Under the pieces are notes generated by a model. That model was not told where the DNA came from and made no database searches. It saw only the letters and a program-made list of their open reading frames with translations. The position numbers and the translations under genes were made by a program. A stretch of DNA of 46,614 nucleotides, the filler included, from Jimgerdemannia flammicorona (lineage: Eukaryota), in NCBI GenBank assembly GCA_003990765.1. It is 2 parts of 2 records of this genome, joined end to end, with 100 filler letters (N's around TTAATTAATTAA, not from the genome) between each part and the next. Parts side by side here need not be neighbours in the genome. Positions count along the whole stretch, not along the records: positions 1 to 23,263 come from RBNJ01001128.1; positions 23,364 to 46,614 come from RBNJ01001129.1. The stretch is one strand, 5' to 3'. Shown one piece after another: positions 11,102 to 25,032 of this stretch (its first letter is position 1; each line of letters opens with the position of its first letter).

Positions 11102-11699
11102 AAATGGTGCTTACATGAAATAAGCAAAACAAAAATCATTCGAATTTCATATTAAACGAGCTGATTATAAATAGATAGTTCATTTACCAATATGTTGGTC
11201 ATATATAAACCATTCGAATCCTGGGAATGCGAACGATTCCCTTGTAACAGAATTTTGTCGCCTGTAAAGCCCGGAAGTCATCGACGTAAGTGCAAGCACT
11301 TCGTTTGCTTTTCGAAACGATTTTCATGTTTATCACGACTGCCGATGCGCTCCAGCCACCGCAATTAGCGCAGACTGCTTCGATCGTACCACGTGTCGCC
11401 AATGGAGGTAGACGTTGTTTGTTTCACCTGAGGCGTTGACGGTGACGTATTATTTGCAATTGCGGTAGTAGGCCGAACAAAACGAAACTCGGCAAGGGTA
11501 CCAATGGCGGAAAGAACAACCTGCTCGTCTTGAAGCCTTGGAACGCATCTAGAATCGCTTTGTTGCCGTCGACACAAAGCATCACCATTGATGATATCTA
11601 CATCTAGAACAAGCCACTGAAGAAATCCTGTTAGTCAAGTTGCATATTTTAGCACTCCTGCTCAACAAGATGTAATTTTCAAGTTGCAATAATAACCCA

Positions 11700-12875
11700 A
11701 GTATAACCCAAGCAGAAATACATATAAAAAAGAAAGATCTAAAAGATCCATTTATCCCTACTTATAGTATAGAAAAAAGTGGTAAAAAAATATAAGTCAT
11801 AGATACATATATATTATTGATAATATACATAGTTGAAATTTATGAAATTATCAGTAATAAATATAATAAATATAAGATATATAAAAATATTGGTCTTTTT
11901 CTTATTTTTTTCTTAATATTAAGTATCTTATCTTAGCTAATTATAGAATTTTTTTTAGTTATATTTTGCTAAAATTCCTTTTTAGCATTATTTTGATATT
12001 TTTTTTTATTTCTAAGATTATTTTAGATCTTTTTTTTAGATCTTATATAAACTACTTTATCTGTTTAAATAAAGCTTAGAATATTTTTTCTCAGAAAATC
12101 TTTAAGAACTACTTAAATCTATAATATCATTTTAAGCTATTTAGATTACTTAAATATTTTAAAACTTAGTTATTTCTTATTAAAAACTAGAACTATTATA
12201 CTTAATAGTAGTAGTGAAGTTATATTTTATCTTATTAAAAAATCTAAAGATTATAATTTAATATTAGAAAAACTCTAATTTATATACTATAACTTATTAT
12301 AAAATAAAGTTACTTTATTTTAAAATAGAGCTAACATTGTCATTATGTCAAATAAGTCTATAAATAAAACTTAAATTATAACTCTCTCAGTAATATATTA
12401 TAAAAAAGTACTTAGAAAATCTATATATACTTTTATTACTATTATTAATCTAAAAAGTAAGATAAGAAACTATTAATTAATAAAAGTATCAAGTTACTAC
12501 TAAAAGAATTCAAGAATATCTTTTCTGAAAATTTATTTAATCTATTATCTATATAAGAAATAGATAATAAATTATTATATATCTATATAAGAAATAGATA
12601 ATAAATTGTTATATATCTATAAGTCACTGGAATTTCTGATGAAAATTCTGATAGAAATTTCTATAAAAATTTTTATAAAATTTTTAACTAGTAGTTATAG
12701 TTATCTAAAATAGTATAAATATAAATAGATATATTCAGCATATTATATTTAGTTATAGCCTCAAATATATATAAATACTCTCTATACTAAGAGTATTATA
12801 ACCTTAGCACTTATTTCTTCTCTTAAGAATAAATCAATATTCTTATTCAAGAACTTCCAGATATAACTTATTAAC
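11700..12875. mobile_element. Extremely AT-rich, heavily mutated repeat relic of unknown family; right part is LTR-like
   Basis: Very TpA-rich with no ORFs. 34-bp direct duplication near 12547-12620. A TATATAAATA...CTTATTTC...AATAAA segment resembles the LTR-like insert. Confidence 0.45.
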
Positions 12876-13218
12876 AAGACACTTTTCACTATAATATTCA
12901 GGTGATACAAGACTCAGACAATACTTTCTGCAATATTTTTGATAAAAGGAGACTATCAACATAGATAGCAATAAATGTACTGGTGAGCATGTTGGCCAGG
13001 GGGACAGTAGTACCTTCAACTGGCAATATGTCAGAAGGAGGCAAGAAGATGGTTTAGAGATGCCGGAGCCTTCTATGGTTGGCCATAATACTGGTAATAG
13101 AGGGAGGGGTGAATTGAGGCAGTAAGGAGGGCATCACACCTTTCTCCTATACAATTCATGTTATACAAAACTTCAAGCAACAGTTTTCAACACAACTAGG
13201 AGAAAAGGTACTATCAAA

Positions 13219-15246
13219 ATGTCATCAAGCAAGAGCTCTGACAGGCATACTGGGTCAGGGGGATCTGGAGCTTTTGGCTGGCAAAATGTAGGGAGGGGTT
13301 ATGGCCTGGGGATGGGGGTCTTTAGAGAGTCAAAGAGCAGTGAGGGTTCTGGAGAAGGATAAGAGTTGGGTGGTAATGGGGGAAGGTCTGGCCTCTCAAG
13401 CTTTGTGGACAAGGTGAAGGGAAGTGGATGGCCAGCTGGAGACAGGACTAGTGCTACTGTGGGAAAGGGCAAGGTGAGCCTTGGGAGGGGGGGAGGCCCT
13501 CAGGCTAGGGACATGAGCATAGGGTCTGGAGGTGTGGTGGCTGGGGGGGGGGACTGCTGATAGAGGTATAACGGAGAATCAGAAAAAAAAAGAGATGTGA
13601 CAGCTGATAGTGGAGTAGGGCTGGGGCTACCGATTTGGAAGGGGGACCTGGCTGATGGTGTAACAGGGCTGGTGGTAGCACTATTACTCAAGAAGTCAGT
13701 TTCCGAGTTCACAGCTACCTTGTGCTTCCAGGACTTGGCAGTGATGGCAAGGATAGTCCTGGGGCTTATCTTGCAGCAGGTGGCTAGGGCAGCCTCAGTG
13801 AAGTTCCTGAAGGGGCTGGAGGGAGTGGAGGTAGGCTTTGAGGAGGTGAGCCCACTGGATGAGGCAATGAAGACTGGAGTGGTAATTGGTGAAGTGGTGG
13901 TCTCTATAGTGCACTGCCTTAGGTGAGACCCCAGAGTGGTACAGCTACTAGTCAAAGGGGTACCTATAGTGATGAAGGTTGAGACTAGGAGAAGGGTAGA
14001 GGAGGTGGTGGCAGAGTATAGCAATATAGTGAATATCGGATTCCAGGTGTGGGAGGGGACAGCAATCAGGACAGATGATGTGGATGTCAGGATTAGGCTG
14101 GCAGGAAGGGAGGCCACTGGAAAGGTGAGTGACTGGCCTTCAGTGCTGATGTGGGGGGCTGTTGTCTGTAGGGTGTCGAGGGTGAAGGGGAGTGAAGAGG
14201 AGGAGGAGGACTTGTTGGAAGTGCTGGAGAAGTTGAGTGGTGCAGTGGAATGGAGGGCGAAGGCCTGGAAGCTCTTTGAGGAGATGATGTATCTGGAGGT
14301 TATGGAGGGGAAGTATATCCACATGGACAAGAGGCAGTGGGAGTGAGCACAAGGGCACAGGAGGCAGAGGGAGCTTTTGGCAAGTATGAAAGTAGAGGTG
14401 AAGAAGAAGGCAGATGGGGCCAAGGTGACTGGGGGCATCGAAGCCAGTATCTGGGCTGGTAAAGGAGAGGGGGAGGTGGAGGCAGGCAAGGAAGAAGTTG
14501 GGAAGGTATCGAGCAAGGACCCCTATACCGATGGCACTTTTGAGGTCTGGGAGCAGAAATTGGATACCACCTCCCCCCCTCTTATCAGGAGGGGCCTGGC
14601 TGTAAAGAGAAGGACAACAGAGGATGTACTGATGAAGGGGGCCCAGCAAGTGTGCTTTAGGGTCCCTGATGTGGCAGAAGGGGACCAGGTGGTGGTAGTT
14701 GGTGAGGATGAGCTGGTGGATGTCTCTGAGGAGAAGTGGGATGAGGCTGCCAGTGTAGGTGCTGACACCATGATGTTGGATGCAGGACAGCCAGGGACTC
14801 CGAGTGGGAAGGAGGTGGGGAACTTGCTGTGGATGAGCAAGGTGATGGACAACCTTGTGGCTGAGGTATTGGGAGAAGTGGACCTGTGGGTAATACCTGA
14901 TGAGCATTGGGCATGAATTCTGTGCAGAGATGGAGTAGTAGAAGCACTGAGGGCAGAGATTCTTACAATCTTCCTGGAGGAGGAGGGATATGAGGTCGAT
15001 GAGGTGAGGAAGGTGGAGCTGATGGTGGTCACAGGTGAGCGAGCAGCCTACTATTGGGCTGAGCATCATGGTTTGTAGCTCTGGAGGGAGGCCTGTCTGG
15101 AGTATCATGAGGACTTTGAGGAGAGAGAAGATGGGGCAATGGTAGAACTTCTGGGAGGGTTGGAGGCATAGAAAGCTGGGGAAAGGGAACTAACTGCTGA
15201 ACATGACTTAGACTTGGTATAGGAGGAGCAGAATGTGGACTTGTAG
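13219..15246 (+). pseudogene. LINE A ORF1 (~675 codons, several stops)
   Basis: ORF fragments at 13366, 13597, 13936 and 14377 share one frame from ATG 13219 and are colinear with LINE C ORF1. Confidence 0.75.
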
Positions 15247-15281
15247 AGGATAGGATCACTATTTAACATTATTTCTTATAA

Positions 15282-18200
15282 ATAGTACAACTAACATTTT
15301 CTCTTTGAATGTAAATGGGTTGAGGGGACCTGGGTGGCATAAGAACATTTTTACTTGGCTCAAGAGAATGGAGGCTGATCTCTTTTACTACAGGATGTTC
15401 AATGTGAGGATGAGAATGATTAGGTGGAGTGGACTAGGGAATGGGGTGGGGCTACTGCTTGGTTTGGAAAAGTGGCGATTTTGGTAAGAAAGGGTAGAGG
15501 AGACTTGGAGGGAATCAGAAGCTGGGGTGATCACTTGGTCTGGGGAGATTGGCAGCAGCCAGAGTAGGAGTCAGTGAGAGTTGACTCTTGCTACTGCCCT
15601 ATAGTTAGGGGTGAGAGGACTGCATGGATTAAGGAGCTGCTGGAGGAGGGTATTCTCTTAGAGGAAGGGGTCAATGTTCTAAGTGGGGACTTTAATATGG
15701 TTCGGGATTAGCATCTGGACAGAACTGATAGAGAGAGGAGTACAGGGGGGAGAAGTAGAGGTCGGGATGTATGAGAGGAGATAGAGAAGTTGAGTTCCTT
15801 AGGGGATATGAGCAGAACATGTTGGGGCAATGCCAGGGTCTACACATATTGGGTGAATGGCTTAGATACAAGGATTGACTGGATTCTGATGGCAGAGTGT
15901 TAGGGTTCCAATGTTTGAAAGACATTAGAGGTGGAGTGGTGCCCATGGTCTGATCACTAGGGACTGTTGGGGCAGGGGCAGTTTGGGGGGAGTAGAGACA
16001 GACCCAGACATTGGCACCTTAACTCCTCCCTGCTGGCTGAGAAGGGATTGTGGGACTTATGGGTGGAGGACATTCAGGTGAAGGTTTTTGTCTAGAGGCA
16101 TGAGGGTTTGTCTGTGGGTGTCCATTGGATGAGATTGAAGGAGGTGGTGAGGGTCTATTGGGGGAGAGTGGGTAGAGATGCTGGGAGGTGGAGGAGGGAG
16201 CACATGAGGTATGCTTCCAGCAGGCTGAGGAGACTGCAAATAGATTGGACAGATTTGCTTACTTCTGATGGAGTGGAGGATTGGAGGATAGAGTGGGCTA
16301 AATTGGAGATAGTGGAACTGTGACAGGTATTGAGAGAAGAGGAGAAGACTCATATGTATGGAATGGCTGCTAGGCTATGGTGGCAGGGGCTTGAGGAGGA
16401 TGAGCAGCCTACTAGGTACTTATCAAGACTCCTCAAAGCTAGGAGGGTGTGACATCAGTGGGATGGGATCTTGGATGCCAATGGGGACATAGTGTATGGC
16501 ACACAATAAATCTTGGGGGTTTTGAAGGAGAGATGGTAGAGTTTGTAGAGTGAGGGGGAAGGGGGTGCTGATGGGGTAGAGATTGCTGATACACTAGGGG
16601 AGTGGGAGCCACTGTGAGTAGCTGGACTGGGTAACTTGATCTTACCAGTACAAGGAGAGGAGATCCAGAGTGTCCTTGTGGCAACTAAGCTTGGAACAGC
16701 ACCTGGAGAGGATGAGTTACTATGGGACTTCTGGAAGAAGATAGTAAAGATCCCAGGCATTTTGGGTGAGATGGCTGCTCTCTATGACCATGTTCTTCAG
16801 AGTGGTGAGTGGGTTGGAGAGCAGGACCTTGGACTGGTAGCCTTATTATATAAAGACTAGGGGAGAAGAGAAGACTGGAAGAACTGGAGGCTGATAATGC
16901 TTCTGAATATAGACAGGAAGATGGTGACTAAGGTGATTGTCACAAGGCTACAGAAAGTTGCCCAACAGGTGCTGGGGGAGGAGCAGTGGGGCTTTGTTGG
17001 GAGCAGACTTATAAGAGATGGAATTGCATGGGTGCATGGTATCATTGAAGTGGCCCAGGCTTGTGGACTGGATGGAAGATTGGTCTTTTTGAACCAGGAG
17101 AAGGCCTATGACCATGTATGGTGGGTCTGGCTGAGCAAGGTGTTGGATCAAATAGGTATTTCTCTAAGATTTTGGACATCTATATTGAATCTGCTAGAGA
17201 GCAGTCAGGCAGCACTGATATGTAATGGCCACTGAGGTTTGGCATTCTCCTTGGATAGAGGAGTTCCTCAGGGGGATCCTCTGTCTTCTATTCTCTATGC
17301 CCTTTCATTGGAGCTATTGATGGATAGGATTTGCAGGAAGGTAGCAGGGCTCTCTATATATGGTATAGTGTGGAAGGTGGGGGCCTTTGCTGATGACATG
17401 GTGGTTGAACTTAGGTCTGTGGCAGATGTCAAGATACTTAAGGAGACAGTGGAATGGTATGAGGCTCACTCAGGGGCAAAGCTCAACTGGCATAAGTGTG
17501 AGATGATGGTGCTTGGAAATGGGCTAGTGGGTGGGGACATCATTGGAACAATTGTCCCTACTGGTGAGGCAGTGTGGTATCTGGGCATCTTCCTTTCTGT
17601 ATATGGTTCTGTCTTGCCACAAGTGTGGTGGGAGAGCAGGGTGACCATTTGGGGAGAGGCCCTTTGAAGTTGGGGAGGCCACTATATCTCTCTGGTAGGG
17701 CAGGTGACAATTCTGAATGTATACTGGTTCCTCAAGCTGTGGTACATGGCCTATCACCTTGACTTCTCAGCTTAGGTGGTGAAGAGACTGACAAAGATGG
17801 CTAGAGATTGGATCTGGGCAGAGAGGAGGTCTCAGATAGGTTGGGATACTCTTGTAATACTAGTGGTCAGGGGAGGTCTTGGCCTTGTGGACTTCCCTAA
17901 GAGGCTGTACTGCTTGCAAGCCTGGTAGTTGAAGAGAGCTGCTGAACTGCAGAGAGGGGGTTGGGTGCCACTGCTGCAGAAGGTGTGGGAGATGAGGACT
18001 TCCTCTCATGGGTCCTCTGGAGACCTGCTCTCTTTGGTGGGACTGAATGGAACTTGGCAACTGTGGTTTAAGGACTTTTGGTAGAGAGTGGTAGATGGAG
18101 CACACCACATTGGTCTGCACTGGCAAGGCAATAAGGGAGAGGTGGTGTGGGGGCCTGATATGTAGTGATGGGATAGACTGCTCCTGGGGGGTGCTCCACT

Positions 18201-18800
18201 TGATATATTTAATTTTGGGGATAGAGTGGAGTGTCAGCAGGGTCTTGGCCAGGATCTTTGGCCCAGTGGCTGGCAGGCAGCAGGGATTGGTGAGGAGTGG
18301 GACTGGGCAGATATCTGGTCTTGGAGTGCTGAGGTGCAGAGGTGGCTTCCTCCCAAGTTCTGGGTGGTATAGTGGCGAATGCTGCAGAGGAATGTTATGT
18401 TAAACTTTCACACTGGGCATCTGGTGGATGGTGGCCATTATGATTGTGAGGAGTATTACAATATAGAGTAAGCAAGGGGACTTGTGCAGATACTGGAATA
18501 TTGGCTGGGAGAGTGTGAGGTTTTGGGGGACTTTTGGATAGAAATAGAGAATAGACTGGGTGTGGAGCAAAGGCTGGCGGGTGTGGGAGGCTGCTGGGAG
18601 GACTTGAGATCTTGGCTAGTGGGTGGAGTGGGGGATAGCTGGCTCACTATAGGGTGGGTGTTGGCAGTGTAGGTGGGACTGGTGGGACATTGGCTTTTTG
18701 TATTTGAGGAGGGGCAGCAGATGGGGCTGTGGGAGAAGATTTCCCAATAGGAGGAGCTGTTGGGGGATCTGTTGACTGGATGGTGGGTGGGTTGGGGTCC
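15282..18800 (+). pseudogene. LINE A ORF2 (APE endonuclease-RT), disrupted; 3' limit approximate
   Basis: SLNVNGLRG, GDFN, RIDWIL, SDH (APE); NWRLIMLLNIDRK, QWGF, FLNQEKAYD, GVPQGDPLS, FADD (RT). The presumed start ATG is mutated to ATA. Confidence 0.85.
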
Positions 18801-18984
18801 TCAGGGCAGGCAATATCATGGTTTGGTGGCAAGGATCTATACACAGAGTGGAGGGAGAGTAGAGATTATGTTAGACAAAGTGGTCTTTCATCGAGAAGGG
18901 GGGCCCCTCAGGGGGATCGGATAGGAGGGATCACTATATTTATATAGGATAGATGGCATAATAAAGGAAGGAAGTCTAAGTGAC

Positions 18985-19020
<36 letters not shown>

Positions 19021-22000
19021 CAGTAAGGAGGGGAGAGGATGACCTTTGCTGATAAGGTCAAGATAAGAAGGATGGCATCAGGTCTGGATAGTTGGTTGGG
19101 ACTGGAAAAGGCATCATTAACTTTAGTTAGGGGTCAGGGAGGGACTCCCATGGGAGGGTTGGGTAGTAGGAGAGAGGGGGAAGTAAGGGCTGGAGATATG
19201 ACCACTAATAGAGCTGTGACTAGGAATCTGGAAAAAATCCAGATGTGACAGTTGTTGGTAGATCAGGACAGGGGGAGGGCATAAGGTCCAGGGATCTGGT
19301 AGATGGCATGATGGAAATAGTGTCAGCACTATTACTCAAAAAGTTGAGGTTGGAATTTACTATCACATTGTGCTTCTAAGACTTAGCAGTAACTGCAAGG
19401 ATGATTTTGGGGTTGATGATATAGGAGGTGAAGAGGGCAGCTTTGGTGAAGTTCTTGAAGGAGAAAGAAGGAGTCAAGGTTGGATTTGAGGAAGAGATAT
19501 CATTGTTGGAGGCCATGGAGAAGGGGGTAGTGGTGGGCAGAATAGTGGTTCTTATGGCCAGATATATACACTGAGACCCCTGAGTGGTACAGCTAACAGT
19601 GCTGAATCTTCCTATAGTATCAAGGAAGAAGGCCAGGAAGCTGATTATAGAGGTGGTCAAGGAGTATGGGGAGATTATGGACATTGGGTTCAGGGTCTGA
19701 GAGGGTACTGAACTCCAGACAGAAGATGTTGATGTCAGGGTGAGACTGACTGGAAGAGAGAATATGGAGAAGACAAGGAACTGGCCTGTAACTCTTAAGT
19801 GAGGTCTAGTTGAGTACAAGGTCTTGTGGGTGAAAGGAATGCTAAAGGAAGAGAAGGACTTGCTGGAGGCTCTTGAGAATCTGGTGGGAGCAGTTGAGAG
19901 GAAGAGACTGGCTTGGAAGGAGTATGAAGCCAAGATAGTGGTAGAAGTTGTGAATGGAAAGAGGATCAGGATGGATAAGGTGGCCTGAGAGAAGACACAG
20001 GAGAGGTGAATCCAGAAGGAGTTGTTGGAGAAGCTAGGAGAGAGTGTGGCAGATAGTGGGGTGAGAGAAGGTAGTATTGGACTGAGAGAGAGCACCTGGG
20101 CTGGGGAGCACCAGATGGCTCAGAATGCAGCCTAGGATGGATCGAGTGAGGAGAAAGGGAGTGGTATAGTGGAGGATACAGAAATGAGAAAGGAAGTATA
20201 CCCCCAGTATGGTGTCTCAAGTGGGGCAAAGGGGGAGAATGAACTACTAGATATACTAAAGGATGAGTGGGATGAGTTAGAGAGGAGGAGTGCTCTGGTG
20301 GACCCTGTGGTGGGGGTTAAAGGGGTCACTCAGAGTGTTGCTAAGGCAGTAGATAAAGAGAAGTGGCTGTAAAAGACTCTGGAGAGAGTGGCAGCTGAGG
20401 AGCTGAGGGGAGAGGACTTTTAGGTACTAAGTGACAGGCATTAAGAGGAAATCCTTCATAGGGAGGAGGTGTCAAGAAAGATTAGAAATGAGATCCTGGC
20501 AGTGCTCTTGGAGTTTGAGGAATATCAAGTTGATGATCAGAGGGAGGAGGCCCTTAGAAGAATTGTAAATAACTAGGCAGTATACTTGTGGGGCTCAAGG
20601 AAGAGGTTGGAGAAGTAGAGAATGGTATGCACAAATTATTGGGCAGAAATAGAGGTTGTGGACAGAGTGGAGTGTTAGGAAATCTTGGAAGCACTGGATG
20701 CTTAGGTGGTAGCAGAGGATGAGTTGGAGGCAGAGTGGTATATAGATCTGGCTAGTGATGAGATAAGCATAGAATTCTAGACTGAGCTCTCAATAGCAAA
20801 CATTTTTCATTATAAATAGTACAACTAGAATATTTTCTTTGAACATAAATGGGTTGAGGGGAGTGATACGGTAAAGGAATATCTTTGGCTGGCTGAGGAG
20901 ACTGGATGTGGATCTCTTTTTACTATAGAATATATGGTATGAGGTAGATATAGACTTACAGGATTGGACTAGTAAATGGGGTGGGGCAGCTGTGTGGACT
21001 GAGTAGATGGGTATTCTGATTTGAAAGGAGATGGGGAATATTGGGGATATTGAACATTGTGGGAGTAGGTTGGAGTGGGGAGTATGGAAAAGGCCTGGAT
21101 AGAACCCTTTGACTATTGAGTCATATTATTGCCTAGCTGAGAGAGAGGAATGCATAGATTGGATTAGAGATCTGAGAGAGGCTGGTATTATAGGTGAGGC
21201 AGAGATTGACTGTCTGGAGGGTAATTTCAACATAGTACATAATAATGAGATAGACAGGACTAATGGTAAGAGAGAAATGAGAGATAAAAGTGGTGGATTG
21301 GATGATTGAATGGAGATTGAGAGGGTGAGCTCCTTAGTTGACTCAGAGTGATAGCTCTGAGTAGATCACTGAATTTATACCCACTGGGTTGCAGGGCTGG
21401 GCTCCAGGATTGACTGGGTGTTGATGGCAGAGTATTGGGGAGTAGATGTCTGGGATATACTGGAGGTAGTTTGGTGCTTGTGGTCAGATTACTGGGGTCT
21501 GATTAGTAGTAAGAGATTTGGGGGAAGTGGGAATGGACCCAGACATTGGTGACTGAATTCTTCTTTGTTAGAGAATGGTTTCTTATAGATGGACTGGGAG
21601 GTGGAAATTATTGGAAAGATTAGTAGGTGGTATGAGCAGGAACTGAAGATTGGGGATTGCTGGTGGTGGCTGAAATTGAGTACTCAGAGGTACTGAAGGA
21701 AGGCAGGGAAAGGGAGGAGTACTCAGTAGTAGCAGTGAGTATAATGGGCTTCATAAAGATTGGTGGTGCTTCTGGGGAGATGGGTGGAATCACTGGAGGA
21801 TTGGGGGGCAGCTGACTGGTGAATTCTGTAGATACAAAAGAAAGTGGATGAGCTGAAGAAGGTGCTACAGATAGAGGAAGAGGTTCAGATAAAGGGGATG
21901 GTGGTGAGACTGCAGTGGTAGGAGTTGAAGGAGGGGGAGAGGCTCACTAGATTTTTTTCATAGTTGCTCCAAGCTCAGAGGACCAGACAGCAGTGGGAGA

Positions 22001-23263
22001 GTATTTTGGATAAGAATGGAGAGATGGTGACAGGGACTCCTAAGATTTTGGAATTGCTGAGGACTTATTGGGGGAATTTATAAAGTGAAGAAGAAGGGGG
22101 TGAGGATTCTCTGAACATTGAACAGCAATTGGAAGATTGGCACCCAGACCCAGCATTAGGCCTGGGGATACTGAGAGATCCAGTATGAAGAGAGGAAGTA
22201 TATAAGGTCTTGGCTTCAACAAGCAAGAGGACAGCTCCAGGAGAGGATGGACTTCTCTGGGATTTTTAGAAGAAAATGGTTGGGGTGGAGGTGGTATTGG
22301 AGGAGATGTCAGAGATGTATGGTGAGGTCCTTCAGTCTGAAACTTGGATTGGGGGCCAGCACCTAGGGCTGGTTTCCTTACTCTATAAGGATAAGGAGAG
22401 AAGAGAAGATTGGAAGAACTGGTGACTAATTATGCTCCTTGATATAGACTGCAAGCTGGTGACAAAGATCTTAGTGACTAGATTGCAAGAAATAGCTCAG
22501 CAGATACTAGGAGTGAAGCAGAGGGGATTTGTTGGGGGTTAGTTGATCCTAGATAGAACTGCCTGGATTCATGGAGTGATTGAAGGGGCTTGGGCAGCTG
22601 GGGTTAATGGTTAGTTAGTGTTTCTGGATCAAGAGAAGGCATATGACAGAGTGAGAAGGGTCTGGCTGGAAGAAGTACTGAAATATATGGGAGTTCCCCC
22701 AGTATTCAGAAGATCATTAATCAGTCTATTGGAGAACAGTCAAGTAATATTGATAGTAAATGGGTACAGAGGGGTGACTTTTCTGCTGAGTTGCAGGGTG
22801 CTACAAGGAGATCCTTTGTCACCCATCTTATATACCCTTTCCTTGGAGCCTCTATTGGACCAAATTCAGTATCGAATTGGGGGTTTGGATATTTTGGAGA
22901 TTAACTGGAAGATTGGGGCTTTTGCAGATGATATAGTGGTTGGACTGGATTCATTAGCAGATGTGAGGAATTAAGGAGAACTGTGGAATGGTATGAGAGG
23001 CTCTCAGGTACTCAACTCAACTAATATAAGTGTGAGACTCTGGTGCTAGGCAGTGGAATTGTTAGTGATAATGTGATTGGAACAGTAGTTCCAGCAAGAG
23101 AACTAGTTTAGTACTTGGGGATATACTTCTTGGTATATGGGTCTCTTCTGCCCTATATATGGTGGGAATAGTAACTACTAGTATAGAGAAATACTTTTTT
23201 GAAGTGAGGTGGTCAGTATATATCTTTGGTAGGAAGGATGATGGTGCTAAATATGTATTGGCT

Positions 23264-23363
23264 NNNNNNNNNNNNNNNNNNNNNNNNNNNNNNNNNNNNN
23301 NNNNNNNTTAATTAATTAANNNNNNNNNNNNNNNNNNNNNNNNNNNNNNNNNNNNNNNNNNNN
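23264..23363. other. Assembly gap with artificial TTAATTAATTAA six-frame stop linker
   Basis: N44-TTAATTAATTAA-N44, exactly 100 nt. Confidence 0.95.
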
Positions 23364-25032
23364 GCCGAAGCCAATTTGCAAGCATCACACCATTCTTATC
23401 ACCAGCCTCTGCGCGCTTCAGAGTATCGGCATGATCGAGAAGTAACAAACTCGCCGGATAACCTACGAATTCCTTGATGATGTCGGATTCTAACTGAACG
23501 ACGTCGTCATCCCGGTAGCTCCGATTCTTCAACTGCGACTGAATCTCCTCCGGAAATATGACATCAACCAGACGTCTAAGATATTCAATAAACGATATCC
23601 CCATGAGATCGAATTGCCAGGCGAAGATTCCACCGGGGAAGAGATGGGCCGTTCGTCTCACTGCTTCCATAGCCAACGCCGTCTTGCCCACTCCGCTGAT
23701 ACCCTCAATTGTGAATACACCACAAGTCTGATTGCTGCGATTTGCCATGCGCTTCAAAGCATAATTCAATTCGACAAGCTCCCTCTTGCGTCCGAAAAAC
23801 GAGGATGTGCGCAGGTTGTGGAGGTTGTTCCGAGGCATGTGTAGATTTATAATTGGGTCACCCCTTTCGCATTCAAATGTGCCGTCGTTTGCTCTAATCG
23901 TCGACGAATAGAGCACCATGGCGCCAGGGAAATAGTCACGCTTCCGGACGTTGTCGTAGCTGTGGAGGAAAACGCGCGCCCTCCACATCGCCTTCTCAAC
24001 TGTGGAGTCACTAGCAAGAACCTGGTAGAACTTGGATTCGAATTCGCGGGCGAGATCATCTGGTAAGTCACAATACGACCCAATGGTGTACGGAACACCA
24101 TGCTCGAGCAGAATTCGGGCGACGTCACGAGTATTGCAAGCAGAGAGGAATGCGAGTCGCAGGTGTTTTGGCACGTTCAAGTGTGTTGTGTTGACGAATT
24201 CGGGTTCACCGGATTCTTTATCTTCGAAGATGAGGGCCCTCGCACCAGCATTCGATTGGCAGTGACCCATGAAATGAAGTGCTGTGGCTGTCTCAGGGCT
24301 GTCCATGAGTACTACGTCCATTTGGTCAACAGTAGGTGGGAAAACACGTTCCAATATTACTTTTTTTCTGTTGGCCGAGTGGCTATTTATAAAGCTTAGG
24401 AACTGGTCGCTCAAATTCAAAGCTGAAAGATTTGCATCACAATTGCCTGGTGGGATAATAGGGTCCGGTACGACAGCGACAATGCGCAATGGAGATTTCA
24501 GATGCTGATGATATTCCTGAGGGTCCCCTCTGGTTCGGCTCGGTTCTTGACTTATAAAGGGAGCTCTCAAAAAGCTCGTTAATTTCTGTCTCGGTCCTGG
24601 ATTCGAATGGATAGGAACCATATTGTACATGCGAGCAAACATGCATTGGTGTACCAGATATGCATGATTACCCCACGTGTACTCCCAGGGGATAACGTCG
24701 AGATCATGATCATGGTTGAGCTCAAGCAGGATCCGACCCGTTGGGTTAGGCGGTAATATTTTATCAAGCATCTTATGGGCTGGACTGGAGTCATTCTCCG
24801 AAAAGAGGGCCCTAAATAACAACTTTCCGTATTTCCTGAGATCAGCAGACTTGGGTTGCTCGTTGAATACTTCGACAGCAATGAATCGACCCTCCTCGAG
24901 TCGTTGAAGGTTGAAGGAATGGCTATATATGAGCTCCGCCTGCTCATCGTCGATGGCGGAAACCTTGACGCGGACCTTGATCTCTTTGGAGTTGTCGCTG
25001 GTGGTATTATCCTTTAACAACGATACTTGCAT
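23364..25032 (-). CDS. CHAT (caspase-like) protease domain plus STAND/NB-ARC-like NTPase, NLR-like protein; 3' end lost in the gap
   Basis: Uninterrupted ORF of >550 codons from ATG 25032. CHAT motifs IPWE, ALHFMGH (His) and AFLSAC (Cys), then FFGRKRELVEL, Walker A GISGVGKT and Walker B LLLLDHAD. Confidence 0.88.

Larger units (their letters stand above)
13132..19016 (+). mobile_element. LINE A: full-length (~5.9 kb) decayed L1/Tx1-like element with poly(A) tail and 16-bp TSD
   Basis: TSD GAGGCAGTAAGGAGGG at 13116-13131 and 19017-19032. A29 tail at 18988-19016. Two ORFs. Confidence 0.92.
12876..23263 (+). mobile_element. LINE B: decayed L1/Tx1-like non-LTR element, interrupted in ORF1 by LINE A and cut by the assembly gap
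   Basis: The 5' end at ~12876-12963 aligns with the LINE A 5'UTR. The element resumes at 19033. ORF2 starts at ~20817 with SLNINGL, GNFN, RIDWV, APGEDGL, FLDQEKAYDRV, QGDPLSP and FADD. Confidence 0.85.

Noticed and set aside
11199..11577. Short minus-strand ORFs convergent on the synthase as a possible third cluster gene
   Set aside because: Stops in all frames and no recognisable domain. An exon remnant cannot be fully excluded.
13500..20329. Long minus-strand S/T/P/L-rich ORFs (338, 322, 239 aa)
   Set aside because: Antisense shadows of the G-rich LINE ORF1 frames, with no independent motifs.
23308..23319. TTAATTAATTAA palindrome giving a stop codon to the CHAT ORF
   Set aside because: Artificial scaffold linker inside Ns. 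It is not a real stop, and the distance and adjacency across the gap are uncertain.
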